Assembly: GCF_018350175.1 (NCBI RefSeq)
Contig: NC_058368.1
Location: 80,912,001 to 80,976,000, forward strand
Source of the DNA: Felis catus
Lineage: Eukaryota
Reading direction: 5' to 3'
DNA length: 64,000 nt
Part shown: piece by piece, positions 12,369-24,835 of the stretch
Layout: each line of letters begins with the position of its first letter
How positions within the stretch are numbered: position 1 is the stretch's first letter
The notes under the pieces: model-generated
Seen by the model: the letters and a program-made list of their open reading frames with translations, nothing else
Told to the model about the DNA's origin: nothing
Databases searched by the model: none
Position numbers and translations under genes: made by a program

Positions 12369-12797
12369 CAGCAGTGCAGAATCAGCTGCGCGTGCCTCCT
12401 GAGAGCCAACTGTTGAATGTTCGGAAACTTTGTGAGCTCATTGTTCTGTGCGACCATGATTAAAACTTAAATTGCACAAACTTGCAATTAAGTAAATTAT
12501 GTGGAAAAATGGGAAATAAATCCTTAACACATCACCCTAATTACATTGGCTGTATTTTACTGTTGTCCATATGGTGAAGTTCTTCATGGCCACAAGACAG
12601 TAGGCATCCCGTGCGATGGCACGCCGCCACACTTGTCTTCCCAGCTCCCAGAGGCGGGTGCGTCATGATGGCAGCTTGAAGTCAGCCGTGGTGGGAGCAT
12701 TTACGCCACGGAAGTTGTCCAGCACTAGAGCAGGGCTCTCTGACCATGCAGCCCCACCAGGGAGTCTGTTGTGGTGCGTCCCCCCAGCGCACCAGGT
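12369..12797 (+). mobile_element. MER63-like (hAT-Blackjack) element
   Basis: Matches recalled MER63 motifs gagagccaactgttgaatgttcggaaactttgtgagc, attaaaacttaaattgcacaaacttgcaattaagtaaattat and ggcagcttgaagtcagccgtggtgggagcatttacgccacggaagttg. Confidence 0.75.
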
Positions 12798-14179
12798 GGT
12801 CACCTGTTCATGCCCCCTGGTGCTTGCCTGTCCAGAAGATAGCCCCTTGGGGTTCCTTTCCAAACGTGAGCAAGGACTTGCACTGATCAGTGCAGTGACC
12901 TCCCCTGTGGCCCAAGTCTCCAGGGCTCGCGGAAATGGCCCCGTGAACAAACGTCCCTCTCCAGCCGGGAGAAATTCTCTCTCACCTTCATCAAAACTCA
13001 ATTTCCTTCCAATGTTAGGTCTAAACAAAGGCCAGAACTTCAGCTAATAGTCCTTCTGAAGTTCACAGAACCATTGTCTGAAAATGTTCACATTGTGGTT
13101 CGGAAATGACTACTTTCCAAAGAACAAGACCATTCTGATGTCGCTTTTACTTCTCAGTAGGAATGTTGGGTTTCAGTTCTTTTGTACGTTCAAGAAACTA
13201 TAGTTTTTGTAGGGCATGCGTTTTTTATTCTGTTTGAAAATATTTATAACAGTAATTAGCACCATACTCTGCAAAAAAAGTGTTTAATATTTGTTGTAAA
13301 GGGAACTATAGCTGTGTGTGCCCACTGCAGTGTGGTATTTTAAAACATTCAAAATGGAGAGTCCTATAGTTAAGACACAAGACATCTTTGAATTACAGTT
13401 CAATTTTCTTAAAAAGTTAAAATAAAAATCAAATCATATACATATATCATTTGTGACAAAACTAATATTTTCTGAGCTCAATGTTTTTGTCTAAAGATTA
13501 TGACGTTTTGAATAGGAAAAAATATAAACAGCTAGAATAAGACAATCATGAAGAAATGAGATAATAGTCTTCAGATGAAACAATTAAATATGAATTATGA
13601 CATAATTACAGACCCCCCGATGGGTAAAGAAGAAAGCTCCTGATGATATAATCGTGTTTTTCTGTAATGTCTATTGCTGTTTAGGCTAAAAAGATATTTG
13701 TTCCATCGCATTCTCTTCTATTTTGTTGTTTGAACCTTTCTCAAATGTTCCTTTAGGCTAGGGGATTTGTTGCTTCAATTGGGTTAAAAGTAGTGATCCT
13801 AAAAAAAAGTTTAATCAGAGTCCCGATGGATCTGCATAGCAGAGCGCTCCCCCGCTTGGCAGACAGGGACACACAGAATTCCTCCTGTCGGGCTGCATTT
13901 CGGCATCATTTCAAAGCATGAACGGCACAGACTTCAAAGTCACCAGTGCCTTTTCCTGAGCAGACTGGTGTACAATTTATTTAAAAGTTGAAAAATCAAA
14001 CAGGCTGTATCTACTTGTACAGGACCGATAGAATCATTCTGATCTGAGGCTTTCAATTTTGTTTTCATCTTATATAGTTTCATTCAGTAGTAAATGTCCT
14101 CATCCAGCCAGAATCGCTGCCTGAAGAGAAAGCTTGGTTTCTGGAGTTAGGTGGCTGGACGCTGAGGGAAGAAATTGTT

Positions 14180-14400
14180 ATGTGTGCATATGGGCATAAA
14201 CGCGGACGTATTCCTGTGCACTTTCGCCTTCATACGCACACACGTGCGTATCTGTGTCCTCACGGCAGTGGTTCATATGCACATATTTTCATAGACAAAT
14301 GCAAACAACATGTTGATGTACATATGCATATACGCACATATTCATATACGTACGTACCATATTTATCCATAAAAGCAGCAATATCCAGATCCAGATCCAC
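14180..14400. repeat. Degenerate purine-pyrimidine alternating low-complexity tract
   Basis: CA/TA/CG alternations (catacgcacacacgtgcgtatc, gtacatatgcatatacgcacatattcatatacgtacgtac). Confidence 0.55.
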
Positions 14401-14547
14401 ATTCATAAACACACTGACATTTCCGTGCACAGTGATGGATTAGCCGGTGTGTCTGATGGCTTGTACCATGACACTCAGGTTACAGTGTGTCTGGAGAAAT
14501 CAAATGCCACTGTAGCAGCTATCCAGATTTGTATTTTACTCACTGTT

Positions 14548-14771
14548 TTTTAAAAAAAATTTTTTTTTCAACGTTTATTTATTTTTGGCACAGAGAGAGA
14601 CAGAGCATGAACGGGGGAGGGGCAGAGAGAGAGGGAGACACAGAATCGGAAACAGGCTCCAGGCTCTGAGCCATCAGCCCAGAGCCTGACGCGGGGCTCG
14701 AACTCATGGACCGCGAGATCGTGACCTGGCTGAAGTCGGACGCTTAACCGACTGCGCCACCCAGGCACCCC
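14548..14771 (-). mobile_element. Young felid CanSINE (SINEC_Fc type)
   Basis: Perfect TSD TACTCACTGTT (14537-14547 / 14772-14782); SINEC_Fc diagnostics. Confidence 0.97.
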
Positions 14772-14974
14772 TACTCACTGTTAAATTTGGGTTAGATGAT
14801 AAGCATGGATTTTTGGCCCACGCTGGCACCTGTACCCAATCTGACTTGCCAACAGCTCTGTTAGTACATCTGTCTACAACTGTGTTCTTCTCTCCATTGA
14901 CTTCAAAAGGTTAAGGGTAAAAATGTCTGGGGTGGTTCATTCTGGATTTCTCACTTGTAAATTTGCATCATCCT

Positions 14975-15443
14975 TTTTAAAATAAAACTAATTTTTTTAT
15001 ATGTAATGTAATTCATGGTGGTTATAAAAAAGGTGGAAAATACAGCCAAGTAAGGGTTGGCAGGAGCTGTTCAGCTACAGTGATGGGTAACGGGGCTGCA
15101 GTCCTCAACTACAATAACAGCGTTATTTCTCCTTCCGACTGTTATTTTAGGGTGCTGAAATCCTGATGTAATTCAGTTTTGTATGCTGGTTTTATTCTAG
15201 TCGCGCTACAATATAAGCATCTCCCCATGTCATTACAGTTCTTTGTCAGTGGTTTTCAGAGGCTGTAAAACGTACCAGCATACATAGCCACGTCTGGGTC
15301 ACTCCTCCCGGGCTCTGTCATTGAGCACACACTTGCTCTCCATGGTTTGCGGTGTTAGAACTGTCTCGCAGTGAACGTCTCTGAGTTAAGGATTCTTTTC
15401 TTTCTTTTTTTTTTTTTTTGTTAAACTTATTTATTTATTTTTA

Positions 15444-15479
<36 letters not shown>

Positions 15480-15800
15480 ACATGCTAGCAGGGAGGGGCA
15501 GAGAGAAAGGGAGACACAGAATCTGAAGCAGGCTCTAGGCTCCGAGCTGTCAGCACAGAGCCCGACGCGGGTGCTCGATCTCACAAACCACAAGATCATG
15601 ACCTGAACTGAAGTCGGATGTTTAACCACCTGAGCCACCCAGGGTCCCCAAGGATTATTTTCTAAGAATAGATATTCAGAAGTGAAATTTCTGTGGCAAG
15701 ATATGAACACATTTAAGCCTCCTGATGTGTTGCCCAGTCGCTTTCTCCTGGTCAGCATTTGCCCCTCCATGGGCAGGGTGAGAGCCTACATCCTACATCC
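14975..15800 (-). mobile_element. Old L1 (L1ME-like) 3' end, interrupted by a SINE
   Basis: Antisense L1 3'UTR-like motifs (aagcatctccccatgtcatta, attcagaagtgaaatttctgtggcaagatatgaacacatttaag). Confidence 0.55.
15400..15649 (-). mobile_element. CanSINE
   Basis: Antisense SINE, T-rich tail, degenerate TSD AAGGATTcTTTT / AAGGATTaTTTT. Confidence 0.93.
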
Positions 15801-16691
15801 CTTTAAGCTTGCTAGTGTTTCTGACCGCCTCAACCCTAGTGTTGACATTCACAGAACAGCCATTCCTCAACACCATTTTGTTCACGGGTGGTGTGGGAGG
15901 CTCTTTCCTGGTTTTCGTATAATGATACCACTTGGAACCCTCCAGAGGTCTAGCTAAGACTCTTCCCAGCCCCCACCCAGCCACGTTCTCTGCCCTGGGC
16001 AAACCGAGCTCCCTCTGGGTTCTCTGTCATTGTCCTCTCTGGTTCTTAGCTCATGCTCTACTAAATTTGTTCCATTTTGGATCTTTTCATCATTCACCCT
16101 TTTTTCTATTCCATGATGACCGAGATGTGAAACTCAAGGCCCTCTTTGGCTTCCTAAAAGCAAGCAAACAAGAGCCCGGTCCGTTCTTAGGAAGAGAAGA
16201 GCAGCCAGAAGGTCTGGCGTGGCTGAGGGTGGTCAGGGGCTGCCCTGAGGCGAGGCAGAGCCCCCACGAGCATTAGGCAGGGCTCAGGTTAGACACCTGG
16301 GCCCCAGCAGGCCTCCTCGCCTGGTCCTACCCTCTGTCCTGCCCCTCTCCCGTAGCCTCAGGGGCCCTCATGGACCCCCAATCCTTCTCATTCCTCTGCA
16401 CGGTCATGCACCCCTCCTTCCGCCTCCCCCGAATGGTCACAAGGTCAGGCCTTTATGTCAGAGGGTCAAGGTGCTTTGTGGGACAAGGGTTCTTCTCCTG
16501 GGCCAGCTCGTCCACTCGAGAAGGGAGTGGCAAGGGTGGTGGTAGTACACGCCTCGTTACGGTGAAATCTGAGGAGTCCGTGCTCCCCAACCTTACGGTA
16601 ATGGTTTTCGGACAGTTATACAGAGGGGGCAGTATCTGGTACGGCCACTAACTGCTTCTCTTCTGTTCCCTCTTCCATTCCTCTGTTCAAA

Positions 16692-16750
16692 GTATGTATG
16701 TATGTATGTATGTATGTATGTATGTATTTATTTATTTATTTATTTATTTT
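16692..16750. repeat. Compound microsatellite (TATG)n(TATT)n, derived from the L1 tail
   Basis: Read directly; abuts the antisense 3' end of L1_Carn. Confidence 0.9.
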
Positions 16751-17296
16751 TCAGGTATAATTAACATACAGCGTTCTGTTAGTTTCCGGCGTGCAATATA
16801 ATGATTCGACATCTCCGTTCTCATCATGCTCTCAATCCCCTTTTTCTGTCTCCTGCTCTGTTCCCCACCCACCTCCCCTCTGGCGACCACCAGTTTGAGT
16901 CTGGTGTTTTTGATCTCTCTTTTTTGCTTTGTTAAATTTTAAATTCCACGTTCGAGTGAAATCGGATGGTATCTGATGTTCTCTGACTTCCTTCATTTAG
17001 TACCGTACTGTCTGGCTCCATCCATGTTGCTGTAGATGGCAAGGTCTTATCCTTTCTATGGCTGAGTCATACTCCATGGTGTACGCACACCACGTCATCT
17101 TGATCCTTCTATCCACGGACACGTGGGCTGCCTCCACATCTCAGCTATTGTGAACCACACGGCAGTAGACACAGGGCTGCGTGTGTCTTCTCAAATTAGT
17201 GTTTTTGTTTTCTTTGGGTAAATACCCAGCAGTGGAATTGCTGGGTCACATGGTATCTCCATTTTTAATTTTTAAACATTTTTTAAAATATTTATT

Positions 17297-17334
<38 letters not shown>

Positions 17335-17555
17335 TGTGAGCGGGGGAGGGGCAGAGAGAGAGGGAGACACGGAATCCTAAGCAGCTCCAAGATGGCGGCA
17401 CAGAGCCCAACACGGGGCTCAAGCACATGAACCGTGAGATCGTGACCTGAGCCGAAGCCGGACGCTTAAACGACGGAGCCACCCAGACGTCCCTCCCATT
17501 TTAATTTTCTAAGGAATCTCCATACTGTTTTCCATGGTGGTTGCACCACTTTGTG
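16750..17555 (-). mobile_element. L1_Carn-type 3' end, 5'-truncated, with nested SINE
   Basis: Antisense L1 3'UTR motifs gtataattaacataca..gttagtttc, aaattccacgttcgagtgaaatc, tccatccatgttgctgtagatggcaag, ttctttgggtaaatacccagcagtggaattgctgggtc, aggaatctccatactgttttccat. Confidence 0.85.
17272..17493 (-). mobile_element. CanSINE nested in L1
   Basis: Antisense SINE with (GA)n; degenerate TSD around ccattttaatttt. Confidence 0.93.
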
Positions 17556-17639
17556 TCCTTGAAGAATTTAAATCTGCCCTCAGGCAAACACCCACTTCCT
17601 GGGCAGTGAAATGTCTGCTTTTGACTTCCTTGTTTCAGA

Positions 17640-18180
17640 AGGACGCGTGCACAGGCCGGTGAGTCCAGAGGGCCAGTGGAGCCCATGGGACGTGCCCCAG
17701 CCCCCCTGCCCCCAGTGTGGGAGTGGCGGTGACACGTGCAGACCCAAGACCTGGGAAAGAGGGAGGCGTCGCCAACAGTAAGCAGCGAGCAGACCGTGTC
17801 CTGTGAGCTGGGAGTCAGCTTGTCCTCGCTCGGTGCCCTGAGCCGGTGCCTCCCACCCCGGGTCCCCGGGCCAGCGAGCAGCACGTGCCTCTTGGCGGAC
17901 CTGCTGGCGGCGCGGTGTCCCCTGGGAGCAGGCCAGGAGTCTGACTGGCAACCGGGGCTCTGGGCGCTGCTGCGGCCCCTGCAGTCTGAGCACACGGGGC
18001 TCAGGGTGAGCGGCCCCACCTTGCCAGAAAGATGGGGCTTCGGGCCCTGCGGGGAGGCCGTGTCCCATCCCGGCTTCGACGTGGGGGCAGGTGGGCTGCC
18101 GTGCTCCTGTGGTTTCTGTGACGCGAGACAAGATGTTCGGCGGGGTTAGCATGAGGACAGTGCACCGCACGAGGCTGTCA
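17640..18180. promoter_or_regulatory. GC/CpG-rich segment (orphan CpG-island-like)
   Basis: Visibly very high GC with many CpGs and no recognisable repeat. CpG obs/exp was not computed. Confidence 0.3.
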
Positions 18181-19639
18181 TCGCAGTGGTTCTGATGACA
18201 GAGCGGGCACCTTTTCGTGTAATTACAGAACGTGCCTATTCATTATTTTCACTTAGCTAGGTCCATGCTGCACGTGGATGTAGGACATAATATGTGAACG
18301 TGGTGTGTGTGCGACGCATACGCGTGTGTCCACCCATATTCAATACCCAGGCGGATAATGCCGTATAATAGTGTGGTACACCGGAGTTTTAATCAAGGCG
18401 TCCCTTTGTGAGGGAGCAAAACTAATTGTGTTGTTGTGTGTTGGAGGTCAGAGTTGTTACAATAAAACATCCATCTTGGAGATTTTTAGAGGAACCTGTT
18501 TAAAAGGTTAAAGTGGGTAATTATCATACCCTAATTTACAGCTACTTGGCAATAAGAGTTGCTTTTCAATGAACCATTTATTCATGATCCACTGCTCCAC
18601 ACTGCGGGATTCTTCTTGACTAGGTTAGGAGATGTAATTAATAAATGATAGGATTATTTATGGTTCACGGTGCCAGATTGGGAAATACAATGATATACAG
18701 AGTGAGCTGAATGATTCTCACAAGCAGCCTAGCAGACTTTAATCCATGGATTGAATTGTCATATCACTTGATATAGTGAAGTGAATTCTGGATGGAATTC
18801 GTAGGACGTCTCTGCGTGACGGCCTGGAGCTTCTCGTGGGCTGGTGGAAGGCGGCCGTGCCCTGAGGCGCTTCCTGTCCATCGTGGTCTGGATGCAATTC
18901 GAGGGGAGGGGTACAGGTATGTTCGTAGGATTGCCCGTAGTAGGAATCCTCTCTAAATCATGGTTGCAAACATAAATTAGGACTCAGATTTAGAGTCATA
19001 AGAAGACAAGAAATCTGAGGTACTCAACAAGCGTGCCTTCATATTATCAAGTCAAAACACGGTCAGCCTGAGCTCCTAGATTTTTCCAAAGGTGAGTTTT
19101 TTGGCATAAAGACAATGTTTGTAATGTGGTTTGTTTTCCAAGCCCCTCAGGACTCTGGCACTTAGTAAGCACCACGTGTCATTGAAAATTGCGACTTGCT
19201 TTGACTGGTGTGAGACCTCAGAGCTCAGGCCTGTCCCCTCCACGGATGGTCTGCAGGGATAGCATGCAAAGCCGTGGGGTCCACACGTGCCCACTTGGCC
19301 AAGATCGGCTTTGGCACCTGCCCCCCCAGATGACAGTCACCGCCACAGTGAGTGCAGCTGCAGAACTACCATACCGCTGCCTCCTGGGGTCCGTGAAAGG
19401 TGCCAGGAGCTGTGCTGTGTGCGTTACGATTTCAGAGTCCACCTTGCCACGTCCTGGGGGTGACTGATGCCATTCCAGCCACGGGTGAGAGACCAGGGCT
19501 CAAAAATTGAGTGATACGTCTGGGGTGGCTCAGCTTGTGTGGGCAGGATAAGTCAGTGCTCAGGATCCCAGAGCGACAGCCCCATCCAAGAATCCCATAA
19601 AGTGTGTCTTTTGTGAGCTGTGAAGCACTTCTTCATGAG

Positions 19640-19879
19640 GTTTTTCTTTCCTTAAAAATTTTTTTTTAAGTTTATTTATTTATTTTGAGAGAGAGAGAGA
19701 AGAGAGCGCGCGTGAGTGGGGTAGGAGCAGAGAGAGTGGGGAGAGAGGGAATCCCAAGCAGGCTCTGCAGTGTCATCACAGAGCCTGATGCAGGGCTAGA
19801 ACTCACGAACTGTGAGATCATGGCCTGAGCTGAAATCAAGAGTTGCAGGCTCAACCCACTGAACCACTCCAGGCGCCCC
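19640..19879 (-). mobile_element. CanSINE
   Basis: Antisense SINE; degenerate TSD GCACTTcTTCA / GCACTTtTTCA. Confidence 0.92.
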
Positions 19880-20128
19880 CTCGTGCACTTTTTCAAAGTA
19901 ACCTGCCTGCTGCCTGGGGAACTTGGCCATAGATACATTTGTATTTACATTTATAATCAGTAGTAATAGGGAGAAGCGTCCCTGAGAGGTGGGAGGGACA
20001 CAGGACCGGTGGCTCCCCTCATCTGTGGTCCATGGAAGGTGCCCAGAGCCTCAGTCTAGAAAGAGCTTCACCCAGGTCACTGGTTCACCCGTCTGATTAT
20101 AAATATTTTGGAAGTTCCCTTTTCTACC

Positions 20129-20300
20129 TGCGTTGGGTTGAATAGTGCCTCTCACCATGACCACTCCGACCCTCAGAATGTGACCTTGCTTGGAACAGGG
20201 ACTTTGCACATGTGATTAGTAGGGTGCAGGAGTAGGGCTCTGGAGTAGGGCAGGCCCCGATCCAATGACAGGTGTCCTGTAAATAGAGGGAGATTTGTGT
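20129..20300 (+). mobile_element. MLT1 LTR 5' fragment (ordinary old copy)
   Basis: tgcgttgggttgaatagtg...cctcagaatgtgaccttgcttggaacagggactttgcacatgtgattagt...atccaatgacaggtgtcct. Confidence 0.75.
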
Positions 20301-22802
20301 GAACGTTCCACTGAGCACTTGAAAGTCGTGCAAGGGTAAGGGCAGATCATCCTTGAGTGTGGCTCTGAGGACATTCGGGGACAGGTAGCACCCTCCGTCT
20401 AGTGCCAGAGCTGAGTGCCAGAGCATGCCCAGCTATCATGGCAGTCAAAACCAGGGTGTGCACCAGCTTCAGTGGGAACCACAGACCCCAGGGAGCTGCT
20501 GTGAGGTCCTGTGGGATCCGAAATCTCGAAGTCTCCGTGGGCAGAATATGTAAGGCTGGACACAGGATTTTCTTTCATCGTGCCTTCAATTTCAGAGTCT
20601 TCCGGGTTGGGCCGCGTGTCAGATGGGGCTCCGGGTGCTCTTAGCACCTCAGAGGCAGGGCCAGGCCAGGCCAGGCCAGGGTAGGGGCCGTCTGAGTCCT
20701 TCCATGGGGCTCTAAGATGCAGTCCCAGAACCTGGTGGGCATTGGCACATGTAGGGTCAGCTGTTGCCTGCGTTTTAAAGTGCTACTTCAAAGTCCTGTT
20801 TTGAGAGGAGTTGTAGACATACACACATTGGTTCTCCGGCTGGGGTTTGATAGGTGGCTGAGGAGTGGCCTCGTTTAACTGGGGAGGCAGCTTCTCAGTG
20901 GTAACAACTGCCAGATGCAGGGTCCCCCTTACGTAATAGGCATTTGTGGGGTTTCCTGATCTTTACCATAAGCTGGCAAGGAAGGTATGACTCTCACCTT
21001 CTGTTCTAGTTGAGGCTGAGACACAGAAGTTAACTATTCACCCATTCCAGGTTAAAAATGCCCGTGCGAGACAGTACCTGTGCCCGACTACAGTGCTGTG
21101 TGGATGTGGAACTTCCTGGCTCCTTTCGAGACTTAACAGACATACATAGAGCTCGGACAGAGTTAATGCTTTCATGTCAGAAAAGGTTGTGCTTCATTTC
21201 CAGTTGCTCGCGTATCAGTTACGCATTTTGCGTATGGACACCTGTTTCCATTCTTCCCGGCTTGTCCGTTTTTCCTGTGTATCTGTCACCAGCTTTAGTC
21301 AAATAGGAGTGGCAGCTGTAGCAGTAAACTTAGAGTAGTTAATGGCATTATTTTTTAAGTCCTGGTAAAAATGGGGGCCAGCGAGGAAGAAATTCCATTT
21401 GGTAGAAATGGAGCATGGGGACTTGACTTAGCCGCCCCCCGCCACCGCCCCGTTCTTAGAGATGTGGTCGTTTAGGTGCCGTAAGTACTCTTCATGGAAT
21501 GAAATAACCCGGAGCTTTTTGACAGGCAGAGCAGCATTTGTTCGGCCCAAAGTCCAGCTCTGTGGCTTTTGAGCTTTGCTTAGTGTTTTGAATAACGAAA
21601 CAGAAGGGCCTTTGTTTGGCAGCTTGAGGGTAGAGCGAGGCTGTAGGAGGCGGGACGGGAGGCGGGCTGTACAGCCTGAATCCGAAGGCAGCAGTGAAGC
21701 AGGGCGGGGCAGACGTTCCTGAAGTTGAACGGAGTCTTCTGAGTTTAAGGGAGAAAGAAACGGACGCGCACAATGAAGTTTTCCTGGAAGTATCTCCCTC
21801 CGTGGAATGGAATTTCTGCATGTGATTCCAAATTTAGTTCCCTTCTGCACCACTCTCCGCTGGGAGTTGTTGCCGTGTGTGAGTGAGCTCGGAAAACAGT
21901 TTGGAAGGGTGATTCGTATTTCGTTTCTGGTTTGTCCAAGTCTGATCACCCCCAAATGAACTTCAGTGCAGGGGCTGGGGCCTCAGTTTCCTCTGACGGT
22001 GGCCATGACTTTGGAGCCTGTGTTTTGATTTGGAAGCTTGTTTTTGGGTAGGAGATTCAATTCTGTCAATTAAGGTAGAACACCTGCTTTTTCTCTGATT
22101 TTTCAGTAGATTTACATTTTGAAAAGCAAAGCAGGTGCTTGAATTTTGTAGCGTTATAATGAAATGGAAAATTGTCAATGTCACCCAAGTGATTGAAAAA
22201 TTTCCAAAATGAAGTTGAATTCATGAAATGTTACAAGGCCATGAGACCCAATTTCAACATGGCTTCCAAGGGCAGAATCAGCCAGAGACCTTGTTAGAAG
22301 AATCTGGAGAGACTGATTCTTTATGTACTAACACCCTAGGGCTTTATGGATTCCCGGAGTTGTTTTTTTTTTTTTTTTTTTTTTTTAAAGGAGGGTCGGG
22401 ATGCAATTTCATGTAGCATGTTTAATACAGCATTTGTGAATAGCAAATTGTCAGGAACTCTTAGGAGCGCTATTATATCTGTGATTCTGGAGCCAGGAAT
22501 AGAGAAATTACAGCAATTACAGTCCCATCTCATTGATTAACGCGATTGCAAAATAGTCACGAAAATATTGGCATTGCTGCTCTAGTCTGTTTTACCTAAT
22601 AACGTTCATGCCAATCAAACCAGATTTGTCAAAGGAAAGCATTAAAACAACAGTGGCAACACCCTCACCATCTCATCCCATGTAACTTAACGTATATGAG
22701 GGGAAGGCTGGGAAGTCTCTCCCGAACCGGTCTCTTCCCAATGCTGGCGTTTAGTTTGCAATCGCTGTTTCTTGACACAATCACAAAGACAGTTATAACT
22801 TT

Positions 22803-23034
22803 ATTATTATCTTTTAAATATTTATTTATTCTGGGGAGAGCTCACACAGGGGAGGGGCAGAGAGAAGGGGACAGAGGATCTGAAGCAGGCTGTGTGCTGA
22901 CAGGCTGACTGTAGCCAGCCTGATATGGGGCTCTAACCCACGAACTGCAGTATCCTGACCGGAACTCATGAAACGCGATATCATGACCTGAACCGAAGTC
23001 AGACGTTCAACCGACTGAGCCACCCAGGTGTCTC
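22803..23034 (-). mobile_element. CanSINE with ~28-bp internal duplication
   Basis: Antisense SINE; degenerate TSD aagacagttataacttt / aagatagttaacttt. Confidence 0.9.
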
Positions 23035-23067
23035 TAAGATAGTTAACTTTAAAATGTTACATGTTTT

Positions 23068-23267
23068 GGGACGCCTGGGTAGCTCAGTCGGTTGAGCTTC
23101 CGACTTCGGCTCAGGTCATGATCTCGCAGTTGGTGAGTTCGAGCCCTGCATCGGTCTCTGTGCCGACAGCTCAGAGCCTGGAGCCTGCTTTGGATTCTGT
23201 GTCTCCCTCTCTCTCTGCCCCTCCCCCACGTGTGCTCTGTCTCTCAAAAAATAATAAATAAGAACGT
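23068..23267 (+). mobile_element. CanSINE
   Basis: Full copy; degenerate TSD taaaatgttacatgtttt / taaagtgctacgtgtttt. Confidence 0.94.
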
Positions 23268-23695
23268 TAAAGTGCTACGTGTTTTGATATGTAAAGAAGT
23301 TACTGAACTGGATAGTCCTGTTACTACACATGTCATACAAAGAATTTTTGAAAAGATAGAACCTGAAAGCCGGGTAATGGCTTCCCTGGAAAAAGTTGTT
23401 GTTCAGGAATTCTGTTTCTGTTTATGCATCTTTCCACCAAAAGTGAGAGGCTGTACTTGGATGAAGTCCCTGAGCATGTGCAGGTTGTTGGCATTTCCGG
23501 GCTTTCTCTTTCGTTCTCCCCAGTGTCTCGTCTCGCAAGAGAATTTGCTCCTCGTCATCTCACGCAGAAACGCTGCCCCCATATCACGTGTTACACCTTG
23601 TCCTACATCTTGTCCCTTATGTGGTTCTGTAACTTGTCCATGTTTTTATGCATGGACACCTTCGGTCTAAGCAAAAACTGTACAAATAAAATTCA

Positions 23696-23912
23696 GGGGC
23701 ACCTGGGGGCTCAGTCGGTTGAGTGTCCGCCTCTTGATCTCGGCTCAGGTCATGGTTCTGGGGTCCTGGGATCGAGTGTTAGGTTCTGTGCTGATGGCGT
23801 GGCGCCTGCTTGGGATCCTCTCCCTCCCTCTCTCCCTGCCCCTCCCTCTCTCTCAAAAAATAATAAATAAGCTTCAAAAAAGATCTCTCTAAATAAATAA
23901 GTAAACTAAAAA
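23696..23912 (+). mobile_element. CanSINE (older subfamily)
   Basis: GGGGCACCTGGGGGCTCAG head, ctcttgatctcggctcagg variant, A-rich tail; aaaattcag on both flanks. Confidence 0.92.
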
Positions 23913-24539
23913 AATTCAGAGCATTTTGCAAAGCTTCCTCATTTACCTTGCTTTTCTGCTCTTGGCCTCTGCTCCTATGTTAACGTAAGTACGACTTTAT
24001 ATTGAGCCAAGAGTGATGGGGTTTGGGGAAGATACTGAGGCCCTTTTCTTCCTGACCTCCAGATGACAGTTGTAGGGCACCGTTAGCTCTCTGAAAAGAT
24101 TCCTCCTTAAGTTGCACGTGCCTCGATATGCTCGGTTGGGAAGCAGGAAGAATGAGAGAGAGTTGTTGAAAACACTGTGCGATGCAGACCCACACCAAGC
24201 TCATTAAAACCCCCATACTTAGTTTGTTGTTGATTGAAAGCTAAGACAAGGACATTTGTGAATGAGAATTAAGCCAGCCTCAAGCAGTACATTTATAAAC
24301 TGCCAGCACCCCCAAACAGGATTGGATGTAAATAAAATCAGCAGCCTTTATTTCTTGCCCAGAGAAGTGACAGCACAAGGTACCCATCTACAAAGCCACG
24401 ATAAGGTATATTCGAGCTCTGGCACTTGGGAGGCTAGCAGACATGTGGAATGTAAATGACAGGCTCCTTCTGTCCTTCAGCCCACCCATCGCTCCTTTCC
24501 AGCCTTGTCAGGTGCTCCCTGCCAGCCAGCAGAGAGCCC

Positions 24540-24835
24540 ACCTCGAGCACAGTGGCTTCCTCCCTAAACCGCTGAACTCCTATCACCCATCGCTTGTTGG
24601 ATGAAGCCTTCCTGGATTTCTGCAAGGGCAAGTGACTTGTCGTCTCCTCTTTGCTCCTAAGGTACTATAGTCATATTTCTGTTACAGTGTTTACCCTCCT
24701 GAATTCACCCACTTACACGCTGCCCACCCGGCAAGCAGCTTGAACGGGGTGTCTGCCCTGCTCCCCCTTTGTGCCAGCACCCAGTGTCCTATAAATATTT
24801 GTTCAGTACATGGATGTGGGAATGAACGGATCAAC
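24540..24835 (+). mobile_element. L2 3' end fragment
   Basis: tgaagccttcctggattt...tgtgccagcacccagtgtcctataaatatttgttcagt, resembling the L2 tail. Confidence 0.5.
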
